A stretch of DNA of 63,972 nucleotides, filler included, from Salisapilia sapeloensis CBS 127946 (lineage: Eukaryota > Protista > Oomycota): assembly GCA_023334545.1 (NCBI GenBank). It is 10 parts of 10 records of this genome, joined end to end, with 100 filler letters (N's around TTAATTAATTAA, not from the genome) between each part and the next. Parts side by side here need not be neighbours in the genome. Positions count along the whole stretch, not along the records: positions 25,111 to 55,843 come from JAADVB010000221.1; 9 more parts are not named here. One strand, 5' to 3'. A program made the position numbers and the translations under genes. Of this stretch, positions 33,009-45,600 are shown piece by piece; positions within the stretch are counted from its first letter, which is position 1; the number at the start of each line of letters is the position of its first letter. The notes under the pieces are model-generated. The model saw nothing but the letters and a program-made list of their open reading frames with translations, was not told the DNA's origin and searched no databases.

Positions 33009-34301
33009 TTGCGTTTAGAAGAAAAGCACTTAAATTTACCTTTCACTTGAGTTGAGTATACCAGGTCGAATGCAAAAATTCTTCCGAGGTGATGGAATAC
33101 TGGTGGAAATGACGTGGTATGGCTATCGTATGGATTTGTTTTTGTGTGCAACAGTCTTGCTCCATTCAATTGCAATTGTGATACTTCGCTGGTCCGTGTA
33201 GGAACAGAAGATTTTGCAAGTATGGTAGACTCGAAAGTTCAGTGCGCGTGTGACGAGGATGAAACGGCTCTCGATGGCAATTGCAAAGCATGATGAAAAA
33301 TCCGCTCTAGGCGCTATGGGTCTTGACTTTGTGCATGCGAAAGGAGAAATAAAGTGGTTGAAGAGTGGGAAGCCTTTGCGTTGGAGACGCAAGATGGAAT
33401 GTCTCTTGGTCGAGTTGCTTTGTCGAGATCAGCGCAAAGCTGGACTGTAGGCTCTTGATATGGTACATAGCCAAAACTACAGGTAGCTGCCATTGGCTTT
33501 TTCTTGCTTGTCACTTATGCATGACTAGAGTAGCGAGTGATAAAGTAGTATCGCATCTACAGCATGCATTGTAAAAATGTCACCAAGTACTTTTATAAAA
33601 CATACACAGTCCATGGACACAACCGCTGCGTAAAAATTGGATTCTGCTCCTAGCGTTCATATACAAGAGCTCCTACTCTGACGCGTAGATTTGCTGATGA
33701 GTGCGCTTCAATAGTCGGCAGCTTTAGTTTATAGATTGACACTCCCTAAGGCTGATAGTGGTAACCTACCAGATACCAAGTAACAAACTTCCAATCAAGG
33801 TCGTTATTACAGCTATGCTGCACCGTCATTTCGGCAGGACCAAAGGTGAACGAATAGAGTCCTGATAAAGTGTTTTACGTCTCCAGGCATGGAGAAACCA
33901 AAGGATGCTTTCACCCCATGTACGATAGCATATAGGTTTTGTGGACCAAGTCAGAAATGCCACCATTTTTCTTAGATGTAGCAAATCGTATCGAAAACTA
34001 CCGAGCCTTAGGTCGCGGACAAGTAGATACAGGCCGAAAAATGGGAGAAAAATGCTTATATACTAGTTTCCGTACTGTCTTAATGCCGAGATCTTGCCTG
34101 TCTCTAGCTTTCACGCTCTCCTTCCAGTTCGAAAGCCTGCAACTTTCCGTCGAATCGTACATACTTTGTCCCAGTTGTTTTTACTTTCGAACAGCTCGAG
34201 TCCAGATATTTTCCATGGTTGCTGCATACAAAAAGTAAGTGGTAGCTTTTCAAAGCACCCGTCGCATTCGGTAAGTTCGATCCGGATCGAGTCATTGAAG
34301 T

Positions 34302-35834
34302 ATGGCGTATGTAGAGATGTCTCTAGCGCTCGTGGCGGCGTATCCCTTCGCTTTAGCGCTTGTCCTGTATATTTACCTAGCTTCTGAACGGAGGAGATAC
34401 ACCCAGCTACGTAAGAAGGTGGATGCTCAGCATGGCAAGTCATTGACAATTGGCATCTTTCACCCGTACGCAAACGGTGGTGGAGGTGGTGAACGAGTGC
34501 TCTACTGTGCATTATGTGCTCTCGTTCAAAAGTATGGCTCAGCAAGCTCTACAGACAAGCCACGTTCATTAGAGGAAAGCGAAAAGCCTCGACTACGCAT
34601 TGCTCTGTATACGGGAGACGATGGATTGACCGCCCAGGAACTCATTCGCAATGCCGCAGAGGTGTTTAATCTACCTCAGCTGCTCCAACTAAAAGTTGAA
34701 AAGTACATCATTATCGTTCCGTTGCACCAACGCTTCCTTCTCGAACCTGCTCGCTACCCGACGTTCACACTGTTGTGGCAATCCGTCGCGCATATTCGTT
34801 TGGCGTTGGAAGCTTTTGAGCAGTCAGAGACACAAGACATATATCCGGACATTTGGATGGATACTATCGGCTGTGCGTTCACGTACCTCGTAGCGAAAGT
34901 ACGCTTTGGTTGCCAAGTGATCACGTACACGCACTACCCGATGATTTCGACCGACATGCTTAAGGCAGTCGAAGAGCGTCGACTAGGAGTAAACAACTCT
35001 TCCGATATTGCCAACACCAAGTGGAAATCCCAAGCGAAACTCATCTATTACCGTCTATTCGCGCTGGCGTATAGTACTGTCGGTCGATACTGCGTCGATC
35101 GGATATTAGTCAACGGAACGTGGACACACGATCACATTCGTAGGCTATGGGGATCATCTCGTACCACGGATCCAATCATCACGTACCCTCCTTGTGGCAA
35201 TATGAATGACTACATGCAATACGACTTAGAAGCGTCTCGAAAGCCGATAGCAATCTCCATCGCGCAATTCCGACCGGAGAAAAACCACTTGCTACAGATT
35301 GAAGCGATGAAAGTCCTTGAGGACATGTATAACGCAAAGAAAGTAGGCGAGGAATACGATGACTTTAATCTAATTATGATCGGAAGCTGTCGGAATGAAG
35401 ATGATGAAGCTCGTGTGGAAGAGCTGCAGACGCGAGTGAATGAACTCGGGCTCGACCACCGCATCCACTTTAGTGTGAATGCGAGCTTCGACACGTTGAA
35501 AAATTTGTTAGGTAAGGCGTCCATTGGACTGCATACCATGTACAATGAACACTTTGGGATCAGTGTCGCGGAGATGATGGCTGCAGGACTTTTGGTCGTT
35601 GCGAACAACTCTGGAGGTCCAGCGAAGGACATTGTGGTGAAAGACACGGGATTCCTGGCGTTAACGGCCGAAGAATATGCAACAGCAGTGGTTGAGTGTT
35701 TGAACATGGACGATACGGAGATGATTGGGAGAAGACAGCAGAGTCGACTTGCAGCCAAGAGGTTTTCCGACAATGAATTTGTTGCGCAGTTCTTAGAGGC
35801 TGTTAGTCCAATTCTAGAGAGAGCAGTTCACTAA
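34302..35834 (+). CDS. ALG11: GDP-Man:Man3GlcNAc2-PP-Dol alpha-1,2-mannosyltransferase
   Basis: IFHPYANGGGGGERVL, YTHYPMISTDML, SIAQFRPEKNH and HTMYNEHFGISVAEMMAAG. Confidence 0.95.
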   Translation: MAYVEMSLALVAAYPFALALVLYIYLASERRRYTQLRKKVDAQHGKSLTIGIFHPYANGGGGGERVLYCALCALVQKYGSASSTDKPRSLEESEKPRLRIALYTGDDGLTAQELIRNAAEVFNLPQLLQLKVEKYIIIVPLHQRFLLEPARYPTFTLLWQSVAHIRLALEAFEQSETQDIYPDIWMDTIGCAFTYLVAKVRFGCQVITYTHYPMISTDMLKAVEERRLGVNNSSDIANTKWKSQAKLIYYRLFALAYSTVGRYCVDRILVNGTWTHDHIRRLWGSSRTTDPIITYPPCGNMNDYMQYDLEASRKPIAISIAQFRPEKNHLLQIEAMKVLEDMYNAKKVGEEYDDFNLIMIGSCRNEDDEARVEELQTRVNELGLDHRIHFSVNASFDTLKNLLGKASIGLHTMYNEHFGISVAEMMAAGLLVVANNSGGPAKDIVVKDTGFLALTAEEYATAVVECLNMDDTEMIGRRQQSRLAAKRFSDNEFVAQFLEAVSPILERAVH

Positions 35835-36208
35835 GGCAATCGTACCATTTATCCATCTATCTTGTCTTCATCCTGAAAGCCAAGTGTCTGGTAACCTTGT
35901 GCTTCATGTTGAAATCAAAGTCCATAGAGGACTATAAATAGTTGTCGGGAAGCTCCTGCATGATGCTTCGATTTGGTCGTTTTCTCTGTAAAAGCTAAAG
36001 GGGTTTCAGCTCGACGATCCTTCATAGTTGAAACCAATATGCAAAGCATGAACTGTGTGAAAACGGATGCTGAAACACCCACGGACATGGCGGTGGAAAC
36101 GCCTTCCGAGTGTTTCAGACTGCTTTTTGATCGCACACCTCCACGATTCTCACGTCTCCACGGATTTCAAGAGATAGACAAGCGACCTTTGTTTGAGATA
36201 TTGTCGTC

Positions 36209-39200
36209 ATGTCACGTGCCGATGCGCCAACCATCTCCTCTGCGGAGATCGTGGCCGTCACGACCGAACTTCGACAGCGCCACCGACGTAAGAAGAAGGG
36301 TACTAAGGCCTCTAAAGAGAAGGAAGCTGAAGATGACGCCAAGCGCGAGCTTAATATGGAAGAGCACAAGCAGACGCTTCCCGAGATCCTTGCCAACCTG
36401 GAAAGTGACCTTTCCAACGTACGTTTGACCTCTTGTGCATACTTTGACTATTGAAATCTCACTTGATGGCTTCTAGGGCATGCAAGTCGACTCTGCTGGC
36501 ACTCGTCTGGAGCTAGAAGGTCTCAACCGCCTCTCTCCGCCAAAGCAGACGCCAGAGATCGTCAAGTACATTCGCGAATTGACCGGGCTCTTCAGCCTCC
36601 TGCTTTGGGTTGGTTGCGTCCTCTGTTTGGTCCTTTACGGCATTCAGGGCGATGACAACAACCTCTACCTGGGCATTGTACTCGGCCTCGTCGTCATCAT
36701 ATCCGGAACATTCTCCTACTTGCAGAACCGCAAGTCGTCCAACTTGATGGAATCGTTCAAGAACATGATGCCGACAATGGCCACGGTCATCCGAGATGGT
36801 AACTCCCAGAAGATTGACGCGACGAAGCTTGTCCGTGGTGACATCGTCCTGCTCAAGGGTGGTGACAAAGTTCCTGCTGACATGCGCATTGTCGAATGCT
36901 CGGACGACTTGGCTGTCGACAACTCGTGTTTGACCGGTGAGCCGGAACCACTCAAGCGCGTACCGGAGTGCACGGACGACAGTCCTCTGGAGACTAAGAA
37001 CCTGTGCTTCTTTGGTACTTTTATCCCCCAAGGCAGTGGCAAAGGCATCGTCATTCGTGTCGGAGATAACACGGTCATGGGCCGAATCGCCAAGTTAGCT
37101 ACACACACTGGAGGTGACATGACGCCCATCGAAAAAGAGCTAAACCACTTTGTGCACATGATTGCTGGTGTCAGCGTTGTCATTGCGCTTGTTTTCTTCA
37201 TCATCGGTATGGTCATCCAGCCAGACGTCGTGAGCAACATTGTCTTTATGATCGGTATCATCATTGCCAACGTGCCGGAAGGACTCTTGGCGACAGTGAC
37301 CGTCTGCTTGAGTCTCGCTGCGAACCGTATGGCCCATAAGTCGGTGCTTGTGAAGCACTTGCAAGGTGTGGAGACGCTAGGCTCGACAACCTGCATCTGC
37401 TCTGATAAGACGGGTACGCTTACCCAGAATGTGATGACCGTGGCTCAGCTGGTGTATGATAACCAGCCCTTTGATGCCGAGTGCTCGATCACTCCCAAAG
37501 GCAGCTACGATCTGGAGTCACCTTCTTATCAAGCGCTCCAGCGCTGTGCAACACTGTGCAACAATGCTGTTTTTGACGAAGACTCCAAGTTCGAGAAAGT
37601 GGTTTCTGGTGATAATGAAGTCACCCGCGGCGCATCGAAAAGCTTCAAGAGTACCACCACGACGTCTGACGGACGCAAGTTCGAGACTGTGCAGTGGGAA
37701 ACGATTGGGGACGCATCTGAGTCGGCTATGATCAAGTTCTGCCACGACAAACGTGATATTATGGAGTATCGTGCAAGTAATGAGAAGATCAAAGAGATCC
37801 CTTTCAACTCCAAGAACAAGTACCAGATTTCCATCCACCATCAAGAAACCCCTAGTGAACCTTTGCTACTGGTAATGAAAGGAGCCCCTGAACGCATTAC
37901 TGCCAGATGTGACCGACTTCTCCTCAACGGTGAGGAAGTTCCTTTGACGAAAGAGCGTTTGGATGAGATCGAAGCATGCCAACTCGAGTTGTCCAAGAAG
38001 GGTATGCGTGTTCTTGGCTTTGCTCAGCAGAAGCTCGATCCTAGCATTTATGACAATAACTACGAGTTCAACACGGACAATCCGAACTTCCCACTTGGAG
38101 AGAAGGATGTTGACTATGAGATGATACCCAAGCCAGATCCGAAGATCGAGCAGCCTCTTTGCTTCATTGGCCTCATGGCACTTATTGATCCACCGCGCCC
38201 AGAGGTACCTATCGCTGTTGCCAAGTGCAAGTCTGCCGGAATCAAGGTCATCATGGTTACTGGTGATCATCCGATCACTGCCAAGGCTATTGCTCACAAG
38301 GTTGGTATCCTGTGGGGTCCAACGAGTGAAGACATTCAAGAAGAGAATGAGACGAACGGATACACGCAAGACGACCCGAACTGGAGAGATCCATCGACTG
38401 CCCCTGCTATCGTTGTGCCTGGCTGGACAATCAGTGTTGACACACCCGAAGCTGAGTGGGATCGAATCTTAAACCACAACCAAGTCGTCTTTGCACGTAC
38501 CTCTCCTCAACAAAAGTTGATCATCGTGGAGAATTGCCAGCGACGCCGAGAAATTGTTGCTGTCACCGGCGACGGTGTTAATGACTCGCCTGCACTTAAG
38601 AAAGCGGATATTGGTATTGCTATGGGCATCATGGGTTCTGCTGTATCTAAGGAAGCTGCAGATATGATTCTACTCGATGATAACTTTGCGTCCATTGTCT
38701 GTGGCGTTGAGGAAGGTCGTATCATCTTTGATAACTTGAAGAAGTCGATCGCATACGCACTCTCAGTTAACATTCCGCAGCTCATGCCGTTCTTGCTGTA
38801 TGCCACCGTCCGATTCCCGTTACCGCTCACAACGGTGCTCATGCTACTCATTTGCATCGGTACGGACATGGTTCCATCCATTGCACTCGCCTACGAGTCG
38901 GCTGAGAATGACATCATGCTTCGTTCACCTCGTGTAGCGCACATCGACCGCTTGGTCACCAAGAAGCTTATTGGGTACTCTTACACCCTGATCGGTATCA
39001 TCCAAGCTGCTGCTGGCATGTTCACTTACATGGTCGTTCTTAACGACTACGGCTATCCCCCTAGCGTCTTGCCCGGTCTCGGCTTTAAAGACACCTTCGG
39101 AAAGCAAGTTCTCTGGTGTAGGACATCTGGAGGAGAGTATTGCTCGGCCGGTGGACAGTTTAAAGATGGTAATGGTAATCTCAAGAACCTCGGCAGTACC

Positions 39201-40280
39201 AACGAGGCTCAGTGCGGTCCTAACTACGATGAGAGCATTCCTACGGATGGAAACATTTTTGATGCTCGCATCTTCTTCCACCCTGCCCACGATGGCGAAG
39301 TGCTTGACTGTCAATTCCCGTTTGCCAATCTCGAGACGGAAGTTGGCGAACCTAACGGGTACTCGCGAACTGAGCCCTCCACCTATGACTCGTACATGGC
39401 AAAGACACCGGTCGTAACGTATCAGGCGATGCAGGCTGCGTGGAACGAAGGCTACCGTCCATACTACCCGCTAAAAGCCCGTCGTTCATCTTTCTTCGAC
39501 ATGCGTTGGTTTAAGTATTCCACATCCAACACGGATCTTCCTGGTATGGGCAGTGGCATCTCTCTGTCGCTGCTGTACAGCTTCCAGCCGTACGGTGTGT
39601 GGGGCATTACGTCCGATGAGACTCGCGCAGACATGTCTGTGGACACGGTTGTTGGTGCATCGGATGCTTTCAACGGTAAAACAGTTAACTTGGTGAACGA
39701 GAAAGGAGAGAGGAAGTCGTCTTTGATCAAGATGAGCGATTCAGGCGTGTTCAAGTCAGGAAAGATGTTCGAGAAGATCGTCAGTGGAGATGGTACGGAG
39801 CCATGCACCGGTGACGAGTGCTTACTTGACTTTGCCGGTGGGTTTACTAAACGTGATGGCGACAAGACTGTCGTGAATGTCGCGTCTAGAATGCTCCAAT
39901 TTAGTGCGCTGAGTGTTGCACAGACTGCATACTTTGTCGCGACGGTGATGCTACAACTGACCAACGTAATGATCTGTAAGACGCGCTACTTGTCTGTGAC
40001 GACGCAAGGCATGCGCAACGTCGTCCTCAACTTTGGTCTCATGTTCGAAGTTGTACTGATCTCTGCAGTCGCGTACGCCGGGTTCCTCAACACCGTCTTT
40101 GGTACGATGGACATGAGACTTGTGCACTGGTTCCCGGTGCTTCCCTTCTGCCTTCTCATCATGGCATTCGATGAAGGACGCAAGTACGTCCTGCGATCGA
40201 CGTCTCGCAGCGTCGTAGACAAGGGAACTGGCCGGATGATTCGGTACCCAGGATGGATCGAAACTAACACGTACTACTAA
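36209..40280 (+). CDS. P-type IIC (Na+/K+-ATPase alpha-like) cation pump with atypical ion-binding residues, 2 exons
   Basis: ANVPEGLLATVTVCL, ICSDKTGTLTQN, MKGAPER, DPPR, MVTGDHP, TGDGVNDSPALKKAD and C-terminal WIETNTYY. Intron at about 36419-36476. Confidence 0.93.
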
Positions 40281-40370
40281 GAATACGATTTGAAGCTCGG
40301 TCAGAGAGATCGCAGTCACCATAGATGCATTTGCTTTAAGCTTTCTTTCAAACAATAATCTTTCATTGCT

Positions 40371-41275
40371 CTAAGCAGAAAGCTGCGATTCCTTCTTCGT
40401 TAGATAGACGACTCCGTCAAGTGCATTTCGGTATCGACGGAAATGATTTTCGACTGCGGTGCGGTGACTTTTGTCGGAGCCAAAGGATGTCAAGAGTTCT
40501 CCCGAGTCATCAAAGTATCCAATCTAGTACAGGATAAATTAGATGAATATAATTAAAAAGCACAAATACTCGCTACCTCTATCATATCCACGTCGCAGGA
40601 TGTTAAAACCACTGGATAATCCAGAGCTTTTGCCAATAGTTCCTCACTTGTAACGAGTGGAGTCGAACCACTGATAGGGTTCAAATTGACGCAGTTGGAA
40701 TGGATATTGATTGGAGTCAAATGCAGTTCTTGGATGAGCGAGGTAGAGCTGTTTTCGAGGCCGTTCATGATGACTATTTGTCCAGTCAGGTCGTATTCGA
40801 TCTGAGTCTGTAAAGAGCTTGACACGTAGTAAGCCTTCGGGGCACATATGTCACTCGTATACGCCAATACGCCGCTGTCCACTATCACGTCTTTAATATA
40901 GGATTCTCTCCAGTTTCTAGGCAAATTGGACAGCAAGGCGCACGGTTTTAATCCTGCTAGTACAAACGCGAGCTCTCCATAAAATTTCAAAGACTCTGGC
41001 TGAAGTCCATGCGCTGTAACTTCCTTTGCAATGTCTGCTTGGGACTTGGACGACCACCAGTCGTCTTCCAATCGTCGAAATTTGGAGCAGACCGATAGCA
41101 TGCTACACTGCGATCGATGCAATTGCTGCCAATGACTGCGTTGGCAATCTTTACTACAGTATGCAACCCAGTCGCATCGTGTACATCTAGCCAGCTTCTT
41201 CGCTGTATATTTGCATCCAGAGCACTTCCTCATCTTGTCTGCTGATACGATGAGTTCTGTTGTCCCGTAAAACAT
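40371..41275 (-). CDS. MYND zinc-finger protein with an uncharacterised C-terminal domain, 2 exons
   Basis: CSGC..CTRCDWVAYCSKDCQRSHWQQLHRSQC. A GT-AG intron extends ORF 40553-41275 with IGYFDDSGELLTSF...QLSA* to a stop at 40371. Confidence 0.8.
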
Positions 41276-41457
41276 ACTAAAAGTATAGCATACAGAATCT
41301 AGTACGATATGGGCGGTAGTTGAAGATTGTCTTGGATTACTGAATTAAATATACCACATGGTCATCAACCTCCACACAACGTATCGGTACTCTATCACAA
41401 GCTACAAGAGCTCCTCACTTCTCTTCCAGCACTTTACTACAAGCGACTGCAACTCTG

Positions 41458-42600
41458 ATGCCTCAACTACAGCGCATTCCTGTGCTTTCATTCTTTGAAA
41501 GTCTCCCAGAATTAGTTAGAAATCGTTTGGCGAATGGCAGCGGATTGGCTTCACAATTGTATCGAGATAACAAGCTATCTCTGCACAAGGTTCAGAGTCC
41601 AAACCTTCCCATCCAAGTAGACGCAAGCGCTTCCCAAGAACCTGTGCGCTTCAACATTTCGCCTGATGAAGAAGAGCTGCTTGCCAATGCTGAGATAGCC
41701 ATCATGGATGCACATATTACAAGTCCGTTGTTGCTCACTCCAGAAGCGTCCCTCTTCTCCGACCAAAGGCATTTGTTCCAGCAAGTCCAATGGGTCCAGA
41801 ATACGTATGCTGGTGTGGAAGCCTACACGCGTCTGCTGGATGCACGAAAAGCTCGAGGCGTAACGGAATTGCCGGCATTCACAGCGACAAGGGCTGGTGG
41901 GATCATGCCCATGGCCATTGCTCAGTATGTCTTTGGCAATATCATTGCGCTCGAGCGGAACCTGTACAACGCTCGAGAGTATCAGAAGAGCCACATCTAC
42001 GCAAACGTTCACGGCGTGCTAGACCAGCCAATGCGATACCGACCATTCCGTAACTTGACGGTTGGTGTCCTTGGCTTTGGCGACATTGGTCAAGCCATTG
42101 GCAAACTTTTTAAGACTGCTGAATTTAACGTCACGGGATTTAAGCGTCGGGTACCAGAGGATGGCGTCGCTTCTTTCACTGACTGTGCAGACAAGATCAC
42201 ATCTGACTTGGACGAAGTGCTTGCTACCTCTGACTTTATCGTCAGCATCTTACCAAGCACGGAAGACACTCGCTATCTACTCAATCACTCGAACCTCCAA
42301 GCCTGCCAGGACAAACGTCCGATCTTCGTCAACGTCGGTCGTGGCGACGTCATTGCCGAGCAGACCATCGTCGATGCTTTAGATAATGGCTGGTTCTCCC
42401 ACGCCGTGCTTGACGTCTTTGAGCAGGAGCCTCTTCCTCAAGAGAGTAAACTATGGGACCACCCAAACGTCCAGCTGACACCTCATGTATCAGGCTTCAG
42501 CTTCCCAGAGGACGTCGCGTATGTCTTTGAAAAGAACTTGAACGCCTACCTGTCAGGAAAACCTCTCCAGTACAAGGTCGATTGGAAGAAAGGATACTAG
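41458..42600 (+). CDS. D-isomer-specific 2-hydroxyacid dehydrogenase (glyoxylate/hydroxypyruvate reductase-like)
   Basis: WVQNTYAGVE, GVLGFGDIGQ, LPSTEDT, NVGRG (catalytic R), VFEQEP (E) and TPHVS (H). Confidence 0.93.
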   Translation: MPQLQRIPVLSFFESLPELVRNRLANGSGLASQLYRDNKLSLHKVQSPNLPIQVDASASQEPVRFNISPDEEELLANAEIAIMDAHITSPLLLTPEASLFSDQRHLFQQVQWVQNTYAGVEAYTRLLDARKARGVTELPAFTATRAGGIMPMAIAQYVFGNIIALERNLYNAREYQKSHIYANVHGVLDQPMRYRPFRNLTVGVLGFGDIGQAIGKLFKTAEFNVTGFKRRVPEDGVASFTDCADKITSDLDEVLATSDFIVSILPSTEDTRYLLNHSNLQACQDKRPIFVNVGRGDVIAEQTIVDALDNGWFSHAVLDVFEQEPLPQESKLWDHPNVQLTPHVSGFSFPEDVAYVFEKNLNAYLSGKPLQYKVDWKKGY

Positions 42601-42639
42601 ACAAGATGATCATGTCAATGCAAACGATTTTTCGTGAGC

Positions 42640-45600
42640 TTACTCTAACTCGTCTAAATATACTTGACCCCATCGCTGCCCTGGGGCTGCCTTCGAGTCG
42701 TTCTTGGCCTGGAACTTAGCCAAGTACCGTAGCTCATTCACCATATCCTTGGACAATTCCTTTTCAAACGACGCAAACGTCGACGCGACTTTACCGCTCA
42801 TCTCGATACCATTGTGGTGTAGGTACAGCGCGACCTTGGCGAGCTCATACACGTCGATAGAGTCCTTTGCTAGAGACTCTTCCAGCGCTTGTCGCTGCTT
42901 TTTCGTCAGGCGACCGATGCCGCGTCTCGCTCTCGCCTCTCGCTCGTGCTTGGCTTTCGTCGTTACTTTCATCAGTTCCAGCGCAATCTGCTTCATCATG
43001 CGTTGGTCTTTGGCGTCGGCTAAGATGAGCTTACCCGTCGAATCGAGAAGGTCTAATCGTAGACAGCTCTGTAGAGCGAGGAGGTAGACGCCACCTGTGG
43101 GCTGGATGAACTGCTGTCGCAGCGCTTCAAAGAGTTGCAATCCTTTCGCCGCTCCTTTCTGCTCCTTGCGACTAGCTTTGCCTCCCGTGGTGTGCTCCAA
43201 GTTCCGACGTTGGACACAGTACTCCATCGCCGTTTCAAAGTGACGCACGTCGATGGCAAACGGCTGTAGCTGACGTGTAAGCAAAGCTCCAAGACGTTCA
43301 AAGTCGCCTTCTTCGCCATACGCATACAGCATCATCTCCATCGTATCCTTTTGCACCTCCGGCGCAAGTTCTCTCAAAAGCTCCTGTCCTTCCTCACTCT
43401 CGTACATCTGAAGCACTTCATACGCTTCGTCTAAATGTCCATCTCGAAGGAGTAGTCGAGACACTTTGGACACACTCTCTTTCGATCGAAGCTTTTGCAG
43501 TCCATGCAGACGCGCGAATTTCAACAAGAAAGCAGCAGAGAGGATCGGATCGTAGTGCTTCTTATTCGGCACGCTCATCTTCCGTAAGACGCTCGAGAAC
43601 TGGCCTGGATGGCATGTCTCGTCATAGTGCGCCACAGCACGCTCCAACCGTTTGGCATGAACGTAAGCGCTGACAACATCCGACGTCTTGGTTGTTGGGA
43701 ACATGGTCACTGTCTTGGTGATTTCTTCATCCATTCGTGTCAATGCGAAGGAGTTGAGGACAGTGCGGAGGGCCGCAGGGAGCCCCCTCTGTTCCATGGC
43801 GTCCAAGAGCGACGGTTCCACTGCGTCCTGCAGAATGCCATCTACGTCCTCCTCTACGTCCACTCCACTCACGGATGCTGCTTCCAGCTCGTCCTTCTTG
43901 TTCAACAAATCGTCTCTCAACGCAATGACCTTGTCCATCTGTCCACTACGCGTATACGCAGTCACAGCAGCCGAGATGGCGTACGAGTTTGCCTCCATGC
44001 CATGCTGCTGCATCATCTCAAAGAGCGAGATGACATCGTCATCGTCCCGGACACTCGCACGAATGGAGATAGCAAGGGAAACTGCTTCACTATCCAGCTT
44101 CGTTGGATACTTTTGCAGCATCTGCGTACACAGCTCTGCTGCTCTTTCCAAGTTTTCATTCGTCACAGGAGATTCTACTGGGTTCCGTTTCATCAACGCC
44201 TTGATCACGAGCTTGTACATGCGGAGCGGCACTTCAATGACATTTGCTTCATTCTGCAAGTATGCCTTATCCAACCGATTGAACAGTCTCAAGACCATCA
44301 CAGGCTGTTCCTCTCGCATGAGGACGTCCATGGCATCACATAGACTAAGCGCATTCGCAGTCGACAGCTCTTTGAATGAGAAAGTGTTCATCGCCAGAGC
44401 GAATGCAACGCGGTAGTTGTCTGAACCATCGGCATTCAAGGCATGAAGAGCAGCACCCTTACCTCTGTAGACAGGATGCAGTTTGTTCCTACGTGCCTTG
44501 GCCATCCACAGCCGCGCCGACTCCCATCCTTTCACCTCTAGCAACTTGGTCGTCACTACTCCAAACGTCTCAGTAGGTTCTTCCAAGACACTCAAGTCTA
44601 CTAGCTGCAGCAGCTTTTTGATCATCTGCCAGTTCTCGTGCTTGATGAAACACTCCGCGCATGACTTGATGATACGGTCATCGATGGGAAGACCTCGTGC
44701 GTGCATGGCAGCAAGGTGCGACCAGACCTGCTCGGAAGGATCTTCTCGAGCCTTTGCGAATCCCGACAACATGCCGTGGTACAGAAGCGAATCCCGATGG
44801 GTCGTTTCTTCCACAACCTCGTCCAAAGCTTCCTCCACGTCCTGGTCTTTTATCTTGGGAGGTGTATAGATCTCATCCCATCGCTCCACAAGTTCATCCA
44901 GCGTTTCGAGCTCTCCATTGCTAGCAAAGACGTTCGCTAGCGAAGCATAGGCTGGTGGAAGAACCTTGGGAAGAGCTCTGTTCATGATGTCCCACGCACG
45001 TTTCGCGTCGAAGATGTTCTGTTCAGGGTCGCGCTTCTCGTCTCTCGATAGCGCATTGAAAGTCGAGAGGTAGAAGCCAGCAAAGGACGGAAGCGACTGT
45101 CTCGTCTTCTGACGACTCGCAACGAGAAGATCAAACAACTCAATCGCTTTCTCCGTGTTCTGTAGACGACCATGGGCACGAATGGCGGCAGCGAACGCGC
45201 TGTCAGGGATGTAGTTGGGCTCCACACGCTCGAGCAAGAACTCAAAGATACTGAGTGTGACCTTGTTGTCCTTGGTGTAGTTGATATCGGACAAGATGGC
45301 TGCGTATTTCTTCACCTTGAGCTCCTCGTGCTGCTGTAGCTCTTGCATGATCTTCCAAAAGTCCCACGCTTCCGCATGCTTACCCACACGACAGGAAGAT
45401 ACGATCATACGGCCGTAGCAGTAGGAAGAAGGCTGCACCTCGTGCGCGATCATTTCGTCAAACAAGGTACGAGCACTCCACTGCTTTCCATCCTTTACGA
45501 GAGCTGCAATTGTCGTCGTGTACACTGGTTCGGACAGCGCAAACTGTTTCTGATGAGCTTCAGCGATGGTATGCAACGCTTCTGGCAGACGCTTATTGAG

